The translations under genes were made by a program, and so were the position numbers. Below the pieces are notes generated by a model, which saw only the letters and a program-made list of their open reading frames with translations, was not told the origin of the DNA and did no database searches. Shown here piece by piece: positions 15,701 to 30,162 of a DNA stretch of 64,000 nucleotides. The DNA comes from Eledone cirrhosa (taxonomy: Eukaryota), in NCBI GenBank assembly GCA_964016885.1, contig OZ024740.1, positions 134,168,001 through 134,232,000 of the forward strand, in the 5' to 3' direction. How positions within the stretch are numbered: the stretch's first letter is position 1; every line of letters starts with the position of its first letter.

Positions 15701-16727
15701 TATCTTGTAATCCTGTGTCTGTGTGCTGTGTCTAAAAAATGATTACGGAACTTGTGATGGCTGTTGAAGTTTGGATGTCTCTTATAGTTGTATTGGCCCC
15801 TGCTGTTGTTGTAAGATGGTGTGTAGCTGTGGTGGTTGTTGAGTTTAGGTTGTATCGTGTGGTTGTATTGAGCCCTGCTGATGTTGTTGTAGGGTGTGTA
15901 GATTTGATGGACGTGGTTATAGGGTGTGAAGTTGTGGTGGTTGTTGAAGTTGGGTTGTATCGTATGGTTGTGTTGAGCACTGCTGTTGTTTTAGGGTGTG
16001 TAGACTTGGTGGTAGTTGTAGCAGGGTTGTCTTGTGTGGTTATATTGAGTCCTGTTGTTGCTGTTATATGGTGTGTAGCTATGGTGGTTGTAGTGGTTAG
16101 GGTGTCTCGTGTGGTTGTATTGTCCCCTGCTGGTGTTGTTGTAGTAGGATGTGGTTAGTGGGGGATTTTATGGTTTCTCCTGGTGGGAGAGAAGTTGTAG
16201 TGTCTATCTTGTTAGCTGATGTTTCTCTATTACTATATTTGTTGTTTGGGAGTCCGTGTGGTAGTTGTGTGGAGGATGTAGGAGGTAGGGGCGAGGTGAT
16301 CCCTTCTTTTGTTGGTATGTGGGGAGGTATTGTTTTTTTGTCGTTGTTGGTTGTTGTGTGGTGTTTTGGTGTTGATTGAGTTTTCTTGTTATTATGGTTT
16401 TAATGAAGGGGTTCTTGGATGTGTGTTCTTTTTGGAAAAGTGTTTCATAGTTAGAGGACCAGGTTTCGTTTATTTCCAGCGTTGAAGGGATTTTAATTCT
16501 TCCTTATTACAGTCCTCTAACCATAATTTTGAAATATTTTCTAGGGTGGTGTCTTTGGTTATATTGATAATTGCTAGATAAATCTCATCGTCGATTGATT
16601 TGATCCTATCTTCATTTGCTTGGGCTCTCAATTTAAGGAGTTCAATTTCGGTTTTTATGTTATCAAGTGCCATTCTTTCCCTGGGGCGTCTTTGTGTCTC
16701 TGGTTCGTTTGGGATGGATTTAATTTG
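12763..16727 (-). mobile_element. Penelope-like retroelement (Neptune-type), decayed
   Basis: ORF 14220-14858 is RT (FDVINLYSNIP, GTAMGTKVAPSYANLF, RYLDD, YYKPTD). ORF 13403-14236 has the linker CGRPNCGIC and GIY-YIG (LIYVLTCSGCQEHYIGQTKKSLRQR). N-terminal fragments include a Thr-rich repeat region at about 15760-16150. A decayed hammerhead lies at about 12963-13005. Both ends abut (TA)n. Confidence 0.92.
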
Positions 16728-16737
16728 TATATATATA

Positions 16738-17793
16738 TAGAAGTGGTTACACAACAGTTAGTTCACCATACCGAGAACAATTGTTTTACCTTAGCGATTC
16801 CTCAGCTCGTAAGGGACATGGTTATACGGAACAGGAAGCACAACCGTACGAACGAGCATGCGCCGAAACGGTCACTGTCCCCAGGCAATACTAAATTGCG
16901 TGCGAGAGGTGTAAGGGAGATAACTGCGAAAGTCCGAAAGTTTCTAGTTGATAAGAAAATTAGGATGTTGTTGTAATTCAATCTGGAGCTTTGTAGTTAT
17001 GTAAGAGGTGTTTCCAGGCGTGTGGACAGCGTGTGAAGAATTCAACTTGAGTTTTGGCAATCACGGAAGAACGTCTGTCCGGGTACCTAAAGGTCGACTG
17101 GTGGTTCAGGAAGCGTTCCTTAAATCGGCTCTCCGCCATACCCACATATAATTTGACCTCCTGTGATTGATTTGGCCGGTTGGAAGTGACCACAGCTTCA
17201 TAAACTACAGCAGGTGTGTTGCATTGCTGTTGAAGGGGACAAGCGTCGGGCTTACGGCAAGAGCACCCTATGGTCTCTCAAGCCACGTATGGTCCCTCAA
17301 GGACTCAAGTATAGACTACTCCATTCAATGGAAAGCCATCACTAAGTCCAAGCCATACGCAAGGGGCAATGAGTCGTGTGGACTATATATTGATGAAGGA
17401 ATAAATATTCTAAAGAGATTACGCAATAGCGATTGCCTAAACACAAAAAATTAATTCTTCACACGTTGTCAACACGTCTGGAAACACTTCTTACATAACT
17501 ACAAAACTCCGGATTGAATTACAACATCCTAATTTTCTTATCAACTAGAGATTTTCGGACTTTCGCAGTTATCTCCCTTACACCTCTCGCACGCAATTTA
17601 GTATTGCCTGAGGGAAGTGACCGTTTCTGCGCATGCATGTTCGTACGGTTGTCCTTCCTGTTCCGTATAATCATGTCCATTACGTGCTGAGGATCCGCTA
17701 AGGTGAAACAATTGTTCTCGATATGGTGAACTAACTGTTGTGTAACCACTTCTACCAAACTCGTCCCATGGACTGAGTGCTCTACCACTACAA
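16738..17793. mobile_element. Naiad-type PLE 3' fragment with internal inversion and inverted arms of about 300 bp
   Basis: 16738-17042 is inverted at 17453-17754. The minus-strand piece reads LYVGMAESRFKERFLNHQSTF, and the plus-strand piece reads LSSHVWSLKD...IQWK...CGL...LN...RCQH. Hammerheads lie at 16772-16809 (-) and 17683-17720 (+). Confidence 0.82.
17683..17720 (+). ncRNA. Minimal type I hammerhead (inverted paralogue at 16772-16809)
   Basis: cgug-CUGAGGA-uccgcuaaggu-GAAA-CAAUUG-UU-CUCG, with palindromic stem III ACAAUUGU. The paralogue keeps a perfect CGAG/CUCG stem I but has AAAA in place of GAAA. Confidence 0.7.
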
Positions 17794-18069
17794 ATATATA
17801 TATCGTTGTATGAATTTCGGTGTGTATGCACAAAAACAATATATCGTGGCCAAAGATGGAAAGGAAACAATAAGAAAGAGATTATGGGAAATGAGGGGAA
17901 TTAGATATTTTCTTCAGAAGCAATAGTATGGCTGAAATATAATACGCCTTGTATATACACGTGTGTGTGAGAGTAAGTAAGGATAAGTGAGTGAGAGAGA
18001 AAAATAGAAACAAAGGGAGGCTCGTCGAAAAATTATCCGTCTTTATGTTGTTTTTGTTTTTTGGGGGAG

Positions 18070-18730
18070 CTGGGGAAATAATGACGTTAGGGAAACGAAA
18101 ATATGCAGAGTGGAACCGCATACATACATGTGCATGCGTTAAAACGTCAGTCACTGTCTGGAATCCTGCATGTGAGGTGCTGTACTACGTACCCGTCATA
18201 CTTTCATTTCGCCCACTTGTATACCGTGATAACTAGAAATAAGGTGTTACTCTAAATGTACGACCCGAAACCAAAACTCGGTCATCACAGTCGAAGCTTC
18301 CAACGTTGCTAACACTCCCCACCACCACCATTACCACCAAAAAAGACAAGTCTGGTGCACAACAAAATGAGGATGGTGCTGTTTTCTTCAGTTACTAAAG
18401 TGTCGATCGTTGTACCAGAAGAACAAACAGTTATAAAGAAGTACCATCATGGATTCACCCACTTTTTTCGTGAAACAGTTCGACGCATGAGACCGGATAT
18501 GTAAGCTGCGCAAATCTGACAGTTGCATCAAAACCACAAAGCTGATCTAAGATTTCTTGACAAAGAAAGGCATATTGCTACTTCTGAGTTATAGGTTTTC
18601 CCCAAAATAATGATGACACTGAAAGACTTTGAGAGCCGCGAGGATTTTATAAGTCCTGCGACGGCGAATCTGAGAGCCATTCCAGAAGTATTCCAGACGT
18701 GCTTTGAATAGTGAAAGAATTGCTGGTTTT
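18070..18730 (+). pseudogene. Decayed mariner (Tc1/mariner) transposase
   Basis: Frame-broken translation gives an LGKRKI..W.PH-like segment, YDPETK.RSSQ.K, VP-EQTV-K.Y and DFESREDFI...TANLRAIPE.FQTCFE, in mariner order. Confidence 0.7.
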
Positions 18731-19572
18731 GAACCTCACCAAGTACCAACTTTTCTCTCCCTACGTATCTATTTATTCTAAAGGGAGGAAGAAGTATGTT
18801 GAAATGAGAAAGTGTTCGAATAAAGAAAGATTGTGGTAATTATGTTTGATAGTTTCTGTGGGGGTTTGTGGGTGGTTTAGAGTTGGGGCTGATGTTTAAA
18901 AAGTGACAGGTAGGTATAACAAAGGAGGGCTCTAGTGATCTAAAGTGAACAACAAATTAAGGTGTGTTGGGAAATTAATATGTTGAGGTGAGCTAAAAGA
19001 ACCAACTTCATCTCAACATACAGAAAGTCGGAGAATATTTCACAAATTCTAGTTTCAAATGAAGGCGATTTATTGACGATTTATTGACGCAGGGAAGTGA
19101 TGACGAGAAGGGAAATTAATATTCCTTTGAAAAGATAAAATCTATTCTTATACAAACTACATGTCGCACAAAGCTGCCTCGTATGCAGAAGCAAATTAAA
19201 ATCAATGGTTATTCTTAAACAAAGACCAATGTAATATAACGTTCTCTCCGGATGTTTTTGTTCACATTCATGAGAGAATGATTAGTTGGATGAAGCTAGA
19301 GTATGTTTATGGATTGGCAGTGTGTGAAAGAGGGGCCTAGGGGTGCTTAAGGAAGGGAAAATAGGTTGTTTATTTGTTTAGTTGATGAAAAGTATTTACA
19401 GCAAGATTTCGAAGGAGTTTAGAAATTTAATCATACGTGTTTTATTATCAATAAAATATAGCTTTTAAATATAATTAACTGTGAATTTAGAGCTCATAAA
19501 ATATTTATGCGTAAGGGTTTTAAAATGTAGTATCTTATCTAAGGTTTTAATTTTCAATAAAATTACTTTCAG

Positions 19573-19620
19573 GCAACATTTATTTTGAAAACTATACCAA
19601 CGAGTGCAATAACGAATAAA
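19573..19620 (+). other. Candidate 48-nt internal exon (ATFILKTIPTSAITNK in phase 0)
   Basis: Acceptor ttactttcag and donor gtgagt; the length is a multiple of 3. No homology recognised. Confidence 0.25.
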
Positions 19621-20334
19621 GTGAGTGTTTCTATATTCCATAAACTGTTATTATTTATCATTAAATTGTCATTATTAAACTGACATGATTCTTATAGTGT
19701 ATAGTATACATTATATTTCTCTCTATGTCAAAACTGCACTACATCTACCGCATGTCAAATATACATATCTTGCACATTAAATTGGTAAGTATTTTTTGCA
19801 AGATTTTTTAACAATAAATTCATGTGTTCCGGTGAATTCATTATTGAGCTAAAGTGAAATTGTCCAGAAAAAAGTGTTATTGTTTGACTGGCTACTTCAC
19901 TTCAACAGAGTTTTGATCCGTGTTTACTTAAGACGTACCAGCTGTTGGAAATATCGCGTCATTTTATGTTGGCATAAACTGTTTTATTTTCATTACTATC
20001 TTCTACTTTATTATTTTAGAGGTATGTCTGTCTCACATTGTTTTGTCTTATCTACGCTGCTGCTACTTTCTCGTCACGATTTCAGTTGTCCAGTAAACCT
20101 TTACGGACGAACATTTGCTGTTTAATATGTTTGCGTGCCGATTTTAATGATTCTAAATTTGAAGAAACAATTTTTAGTTTCTTTGAAGAGGATCGGCTTT
20201 GAAAACGAATAAAATCCAGTTATTAAAACGCATTGTTCAAAGCTTCTAAGTTTAATTTCAAATTTATGCAAATTTTATAACAATCCTTCCAAATACTTTT
20301 AAAAGCAAATGTTCAAATTTACACACACATACAT

Positions 20335-20387
<53 letters not shown>

Positions 20388-20480
20388 TTTAACATATAGT
20401 AGTGGCTGCTGGTCTTGTAGGCTATTTTACTGACTTTTTAACATTTTAAATTTCAAATCCTCCAAATGGCTCGATAAATA

Positions 20481-20528
<48 letters not shown>

Positions 20529-20689
20529 GAGGGGGCGTGGAGAGAGACGGGGGGGGGTGTCTGTGTTTAGTTAAAATTTGGATAAATTTTGCAGGCGCGC
20601 TGGTTAGGTAATTTAGTTGGCTAATGCTAAGTTCTAATTGTATTCATGGTATCGTTATATATATCATTATGCCTTATTCTACAGAAAAG

Positions 20690-21960
<1,271 letters not shown>

Positions 21961-22785
21961 ATTAACAAAATACCAGAGCCATAAAATTTATTACATATCT
22001 AACTTAGAAAACATGGAAATTGACAACCCCTGAATGTCGCAAGTCCATTACATTTCATTTTCACCATGTTTTTTATTCTAGCCTTTGATCTTGTTTTCCT
22101 TTCTTTCTCTCTCTTTTTTTTATTTTCTCCTGGTCTCATCACGGTTTTCTCTTACGCTCCCACCCGTAAAGCAAATCATAACCATACCTCCGATGAGATA
22201 GATTTAAACGAAATTAAAACAAAATATGTTTCTCATTGGCTATCGAAACGGTAAAAGCTTAACCGTATGGCAGTAATATATATATATTGTATATATATAT
22301 ATGTGTGTATATATATATATTGTATATATATATATGTGTATATATATATATATAAGAGTGTGTATGTATGTATTTTTGCATGAATGTATGTAGGTATGTG
22401 TGTGTATACATACATACATACATGCATACATACATACATACATACAAGCATACATGCATACATGCATACATGCATACATACATACAAACATACATACATA
22501 CATACATACATACATACATACATACATACATACATACATACATACATACATACATACGAGTACGGCTACACTCCTTGGAGAGATTAAACTCCATGACAAT
22601 AACACATGCGATCCTTGAAACTGTCTTGTTATCTTGCCTTGGCTTGTCACATAGCTGCGAGGATGGAGTGGGTGCTATGAGCACGTAGCATTGCCATCTT
22701 TATGTGCAGATAATTCTCCACAAGTCCCACAGGAACAATGGAGGAGTGGCAATGTGTGCAGACATGAGTAGTTAGAAGTACATAG

Positions 22786-22971
22786 TCACAAATCAACATG
22801 TGGGTGGTTCGAGTCATATACTAACGTCGCTGCACTATTAACCTGTACAGCAACATACTCCGGCGGAGTATTGAGCGCCTGAGCAGCCACTTTTGAGAAT
22901 GCACTGCTCACATAGGAAGGGTCTAGAAAAAATGTCTCAAAAAATGCCTGTTCAATCATCAAACTGGCCAA
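22786..22971 (-). pseudogene. MIF/tautomerase-like peptide fragment or possible terminal exon
   Basis: SAFSKVAAQALNTPPEYVAVQV resembles MIF [22 protein letters not shown]. A minus-strand acceptor (ttttttctag) lies at about 22923-22932. There is no Pro-1 and it stops early. Confidence 0.3.
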
Positions 22972-23427
22972 CAGAAATGGCCGTCAACTGTAAAGAAGTG
23001 GTATTTATCATGTTTATATGTATCTTCTATTCTATCGTTCTGTCTCTTTTATACGCTGGCCATATAAACACTGGGCCTATTGCAGCAAATTTGGAGTGAT
23101 CGTACGAGTTTGTGCCAGTGAAATACTACCTGTTTTTTAGCCTCGAATGATATAATATAGACGGGAGAAGTCACAGTTCCCCAATCACCAGTGCTATGTT
23201 GGAGTGTGGTTCGTGCCGCGATCTTGATATGCTAGTGTTCTGCACTGATTGTGAAAGAATTAAGGGATCAAAAAGAAACGAGAATCAACCGCAAAGATAG
23301 AGAAACCACCATGAATCATGATGGGTGTATGCATGATTGTAATATATATATATATGTGTGTGTGTCTGTGTGTGTGTGTGTGTGTGCATGTGTGCGTGTT
23401 TGTGTGCCAGTGTGAGTGTGTAAATCA

Positions 23428-23672
23428 GAGTTTTTCGAATGTTAATGATAATATTCGATTCGTTTGGAATTATGCAAACACCCTCTTAAGCCATGTGAGT
23501 AGAGTATACTGTACTGATGAAGGGTAATAATCCAGAAACATTACTATCTGCCGTTCTGTTTATATGCCAACACAATGGCAAGAATGACGATATCACTCTA
23601 CTCACTTGGCTTAAGATGCTGTTTACATAATTGCAAACGAATTGAACATTATTATTAATATTCGAAAAATTC
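23428..23672. repeat. Diverged inverted repeat of about 80 bp enclosing a decayed hammerhead (PLE pLTR remnant)
   Basis: 23428-23507 pairs with 23590-23672. CUGAUGA-agggtaataatcca-GAAA lies at about 23514-23538. Confidence 0.6.
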
Positions 23673-23720
23673 GGATTTACATTTCTTGTATTCAGCCATG
23701 TAGAGCGATAAAACTATCTG

Positions 23721-23894
<174 letters not shown>

Positions 23895-23947
23895 CACAAT
23901 CAGACACCCATGAATACATACATACATACATACAAACATACATACAT

Positions 23948-26082
23948 AGAAGAATAAAACACCACAAAAATAGAAAAAAAGATTGCTGACCTACGAAACA
24001 CCATAGGATATGTTACAATGGTCCTTACATGCAAACAAATACAAAAAAACTTCACTCCTCACCAACAACGAGGGAAAAATAAAATAGAGACGATGTTTGG
24101 TAACACTAGAACCAGAACTCTTCAATATAAGCGAAAAACGCCGATACCTGAAGAAGGTAGATGAAAGAAAAGTGCTTAATAGAAGATTCAGACGAAACCA
24201 AACATCAGTCTATAGAGATATGAAATGCAAAATAATAACTGTTGCTGCGGCACCATCCCAGAAAGACATAGATTCCTTTTGGAGCAAAATATGGGGTGAA
24301 ACGAACCTCTATGCCAAGAACATGGATGGGATGAAAAAAAATCTTGACCTGGTTACAACGTTCTCTAAGGATATAGGAATGGAGTTTGGCCAAGATAAAT
24401 GCTCATATATGACTATAAAGCGGGGAAAAACAACAACCCAATCTAGCAACATTTGTATCACTGGCCTAACTGTTTCACCAATATCTGATGAGGACTGCTA
24501 CAGATACCTGGGGATAGATGAGAACATATCCTATAATGATATCTGTAATAAAGAACGCGTAACCAGGGAATACTACACCCGATTAAGAAAGATGCGGTCA
24601 TCGGAACTCTCTGCGCAAAACAAAAAAATTGCTCACAATGTGTTTGCTGTGCCTGTACTAACACCAACTTTTGGAATACTCAATTGGACGATAGACGAAA
24701 TCCAAGCGATTGATGTTAGAACTCAAAAAATACTAAACAACACTGGAAACTTCCACATCAACAGTGACATAGACCGCCTTTACTTGAAACGTAAGCAGGA
24801 AGGCAGAGGCTTAACATCAGTCCAGACAGCATTTGAATGTCGCATCATATCCCTCCGACATCTACGAACCTCAAAGCGTAGGAACACGTTTCTCGAGCAA
24901 GTCTATCTGCATGAAACAGATAAGATCATGAGAGTTGGGAAGGAACTCCTCGTAGAGGTATTCCCTGTGGGATAATCAAAACCTCACACCCAGGGAAGTT
25001 GCTCAGCAGTACCGCAGTGAATCCATGGATGAAAAACTGCATGCTTATCAGCAACAAATCATTCATGGATATGTTGCCAGGAAGCTCCAGAGTGAGAGTA
25101 ATATAGATAAAGAAAGTAGTCTATCTTGGACTAACAACCGCTATATTGGCTCCCACTTTGAAGGATACGCTTTTGCAATCCAAGAACAGGAAATCAACAC
25201 AAAATACCTGATTCACAAAAGAGATAGGGATGCAGGCAAAATACCTAGATGTGATACAAGTGCAGACTGCAGAATTAACATTGAGGTTGTCACCCATGTC
25301 ATAAGCAGCTGTCCAAAGATGTCATCGTGGTACTATCTACCTATGAAGCATCATGTACTGGACAAAACACTGTATAATGCAATCCGTAGAAAAGATAGCC
25401 ACGACAATAAACACATTAAAAACTACAGCAATGTGGAAGACATACACATACATAATATGAAAGAGCACAGGTGGAATGTTCCAGTAAAAACCCCAATAAA
25501 ATGCAGGAATAACAGAGCAGATATAATGATATGGTACAGGGAAAGAAGGGATCCATAGTAGTGGGAGTTAGCCGCCTAGCAGACGCCAATATAATATTAA
25601 AGATTAGCGTAAAGGAGAATATTTATGCAGAACTAATGAGAAATCTGCAGACACTCCACCCTGATTATACCTTCAGATTTATACCTGTTATTATTGGGGC
25701 ACTGGGATATGTCAGTAACTGCCACAATACAAATCGTGAGAAACTGTGCTTCACAGAAACAGAAAGAACACAACTAGTTAGGAAATTACAAGTACAATCC
25801 ATTAATGGAACAGTAAAAATATATAAAACATTCCAAAAATCCTGCATCTAATAACTGCATATACACGTATACAGATACAAAGCATATGCACATGCACACA
25901 TATAACTCAAAACATATACATCTACACATACAATACAATGCATACTTGCACACGCATGCATGCAGACATGCATACACATCTACCTAGTTGATGTGTAAAT
26001 TCCAATGAGAGAGTCTTGTATCTATGCTAGAAACCGACTCTCTCTATTGGCAAAAATTTGTGAAATTATAAAACCAGAAGAA
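23948..26082 (+). mobile_element. R4/Dong-type RLE LINE, 5'-truncated and internally deleted, inserted in (CATA)n
   Basis: Late RT (DIGMEFGQDKC, YRYLGI, DIDRLYLKRKQEGRGL), zinc knuckle (HVISSCP), RLE remnants (NNRADIMIW, IPVIIGALG) and a 3' hairpin. It is a paralogue of 26110-30138. Confidence 0.88.
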
Positions 26083-26109
26083 CATACATACATACATGCA
26101 TACATACAC

Positions 26110-29100
26110 TGTACAGTCAACGCGATCAGTCGCATATTTTGGCGTGGGAGACTATTTATTAAATTTAAGATGAATACTATCTCCCACAGTAATGCCACAA
26201 CTACAGTCATGTTGAATAACTGGTTATTCTTCTAACTATATCTTCTGAAGACACCTTTTATTCGAATTAGTAGAGATATCCGACTAAATACATAATTCAT
26301 TTTACAAGGATTTGCTACAAACAGCATGGCTGAATACAACATCAACAACAAAATTAAGGAAGTACCGAAGACAACCAGCAAGAAAGGTAAACAAACTTTA
26401 TTCAGTTGTAGCTACAGAAGAAACCGAAATTATAAATCGCATTTCTCTTGGAGTTGCGAACTTAATAATGATTTATTTAATCGTTATAAAATGGCAAAAG
26501 AACGATCCCTCCATTGGCTATATGAACAGAATGAAGCTACACTGTGACGAAATGCACCCAGAGCTAAATTATTTCACAGCGAAACAATTACGCCAACAAG
26601 CGACGTTTGTTGAACGTAAAAATAAGATAAATATTATTAATTGTAAGTCCCCCACAACAAACATGTTATGAACAACACGTGCTACAGGTCGCCATGCTAC
26701 TAGACTTCCTAGCAGCCAGGTCGAATAGCGCCTTGAAACAACTATGCCTGTAAGAAACTTGACACCACCTGTACCATCTAAGTCTACCTCGAATGCTGGG
26801 AAAACACTATCGTTAATAATAATAATTGAAGAAATAATAATAATAATCGAAGAAATTTGACACCACGTGTACCATCCGAGTCTACCCCGACTGTTGTGGA
26901 AAATACTATCGATAATGATAATAATCAAAAGTATAAACAATTGAAATTTTCCCTCAACGAAATCTTCCAGAGAGAAATTAATTCATGTATAAATATCTCT
27001 CTTCCTGAACGTATTAAAACGACAATGTTTAATAAAAAAAAAACCAAATGAAATATTACTTGTTATTGACGAAATAGGGGATGAATATTTACGACGGATA
27101 AAAACTCCAACATTTTGGCAAATCAACGCCTGTTTATATGCCTTAGCAACAACAGTGAAGCATTATCTTGGTGATAGCAGAGATATTAACCAGAACAGAA
27201 CACTACCAAAAATACCATCATATATAACTAAAATAGAAAAAAAGATTGTTGACCTACGAAAAAACATGCAAACAAATACAAAAACACCTCATTTCTCACC
27301 AACAAAGAGTGAAAATTAAATAGAGACGATGTTTGGTAACAGTAGAACCAGAACACTCCAATATAAGCTGATCACCCTCAAACAAGAATTGAGAGCTGTT
27401 AGCGAAAAACGCTGATACCTGAAGAAGGTAGATGAGAGAAGAGTGCTTAATAAAAGATTCAGACGAAACCAAACATCAGTCTATAGAAATATGAAGGGCA
27501 AAATAATAAGTGTCACTGAGGCCCCATCCCAGTAAGACATAGATTCCTTTTGGAGCAAACTATGGGGTGAAAAGAAGAATTTCAACCAAGATGCAGTGTG
27601 GCTAAGAGAAATACGAAAGAACTATTGCTCCTACACTACAACAAAAATATACGAAATAAGTGAGGGTACCCTTGAGACTGTGATAGGAAAACTCCAAGAT
27701 AAGAAAACACCAGGATGAGACATGGTTGTCGGCTACTGGTACAAACAACTGATATTCTATCGGAGGTATCTTACCGACAAGTTCTTAAGGGAGATACACT
27801 TATACCAAGAATGGTTGACATTAGCACAAACATTACTGGTCCCAAAGAACAAAGACACCCACCTGCATGCCAGAACCTGATGTATAAGATGTATACAGCC
27901 TGCCTGAACCTATTCCTCCAAGATCACTGTGAAAATAATAACATCATCACAGATGAACAAGCAGTTGAAAAGAAAGGGGTTTGGGGATGTGCTGAACAGC
28001 TCCTAATCAACAAAACTGCGATGTCGGAGGTGCGACAACTTAGGAGGAATATGGCTACAGTCTGGCTGGACTACAGGAAAGCTTTCGACTCTGTTCCCCA
28101 CTCTTGGATGATAGAGGCCCTCTTACTTGCTAAAGTCCCAGACATTATTATCAGTGCCATAGAGAAGCTGTCTTCTTGCTGGGCTAATATGCTAAAGTTA
28201 AAGACAGAGAAGGAGGACTCTATTTTCACAGATAAAATAAAATATCGCAGGGGTATATTTCAGGGATACAGTCTCTCTGTGATATTATTCATCCTGTCAT
28301 TAAACCCATTGTCCTTTCTGCACAATAAATGTGAGGGATACATCATTGGCTCACAGGAGGACAGAAATACGAACCTAACCCATAATTTCTTTGTGGATGA
28401 TCTGAAACTCTATGCCAAGAACATGGATGGGATGAAGAAACATCTTGACCTGGTTACAACGTTCTCAAAGGATATAGGAATGGAGTTTGGCCAAGATAAA
28501 TGCTCATACATGACTGTAAAGCGGGGAAAAACAACAACCCAATCTAGCAACATTGTCATCAATGGCATAACTGTTTCACCGATATCTGATGAAGACTGCT
28601 ACCGATACCTGGGGATAGATGAGATCATATGCTATAATAGTATCTGTAATAAAGAACGCGTAACCAGGGAATACTACACCCGATTAAGAAAGATCTGGTC
28701 ATCGGAACTCTCTGCGCAAAACAAAACAATGTGTTTGCTGTGCTTGTCCTAACACCAACTTTTGGAATACTCAATTGGATGATAGACGAAATGCTAGCAG
28801 TTGATGTTGGAACTCGAAAAATACTAAACAACACCGGAAACTTCCACATCAACAGTGAAATAGACCGCCTTTACTTGAAACGTAAGCAGGTAGGCAGAAG
28901 CCTAACATCAGTCCAGACAACTTTTGAATGTCGGATCATATCTCTCCGACAACATCTACGAACCTCGAAGCGTAGGAGCTCGTTTCTCGAGCATGTCTAT
29001 CTGCATGAAACAGATAAGATCATGAGAGTTGGGAAGGAACTCCTCGAGAGATATTCCCTGTGTGATAATCAAAAACTCACAACTCGCTCAGCAGTATCGC

Positions 29101-30138
29101 AGTGAATCCATGGATGAAAAACTTCATGCTTATCAGCAAAAAATCATGCATGGATATGTTGCCAGCAAGCTCCAGAGTGAGAGTAATATAGATAAAGAAA
29201 GTAGTCTATATTCGTCAGTTTGAAGGATACGCTTTTGCAATCCAAGAACAGGAGATTAACACGAAATACCTGATTCACAAAAGAGATAGTGATGCAAGCA
29301 AAACACCTAGATGTGATAACAAGTGCAGACTCTGCAAAACTAACATCGAGGATATCACCCATGTCATCAGCAGCTGTCCAAAGTTGTCATCGCAGTACTA
29401 TCTACCTATGAGGCATGATGTAGTGGCCAAAACACTGTACAATGCAGTTCGTAAAAAAGATATCCCGATAATAAACACATTAAAAGCTACAGCAATGTGG
29501 AAGATATCCATGTACATAATATGAAAGAGTACTGGTGGAATGTTCCAATAAAAACCCCAATAAAATGCAGGCATAACAGACCAGATATTATGATATGGGA
29601 CAGGGAGAAGAAAGCATGCACAGTAGTGGAAATAAGCTGCCCAGCTGATGCCAATATTATATCAAAGATTAGCGAAAAGGAGAATATTTATGCAGAACTG
29701 ATGAGAAATCTCCAGAATCCCCACCCTGATTACACCTTCAGATTTATGCCTGTGATTATTGGGGCACTGGGGTATGTTAGTAACTGCCTCAATACAAATC
29801 TTGAGAAGCTAGGCTTCACAGGAACAGAAATAACACAACTAGTTAGGAAATTACAAGTACAATCCATTAATGGAACAGTAAAAATATGTAAAACATTCCA
29901 AACATTTGCATCTAATAACTGCATATACACATCTACAGATGCAAAGCATACACACATGCACACATACAACTCAAAACATACACATCCACTCATACAATAA
30001 CATCCATATCTACAGATGCATGCATACATAATCTACCTAGTTGATGTTGTGTAAATTCCAATGAGAGAGTCTTGTCTATGTTAGAAACCGACTCTCTCTT
30101 TATTGGTAAAACTTTGTGAAATTATAAAACCAGAAGAA
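26110..30138 (+). mobile_element. R4/Dong-type RLE LINE, near full length and frameshifted, flanked by (CATA)n
   Basis: N-terminal GYMNRMK...HPE...QLRQQ, RT (WLDYRKAFDSVPH, GIFQGYSLS, FFVDDLKLY), CRLCK..HVISSC knuckle, and PD-(D/E)xK-type nuclease RPDIMIWD...VVEISCP. The 3' end is followed by (CATA)n. Confidence 0.92.
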
Positions 30139-30162
30139 CATACATACGTACATACATACATA

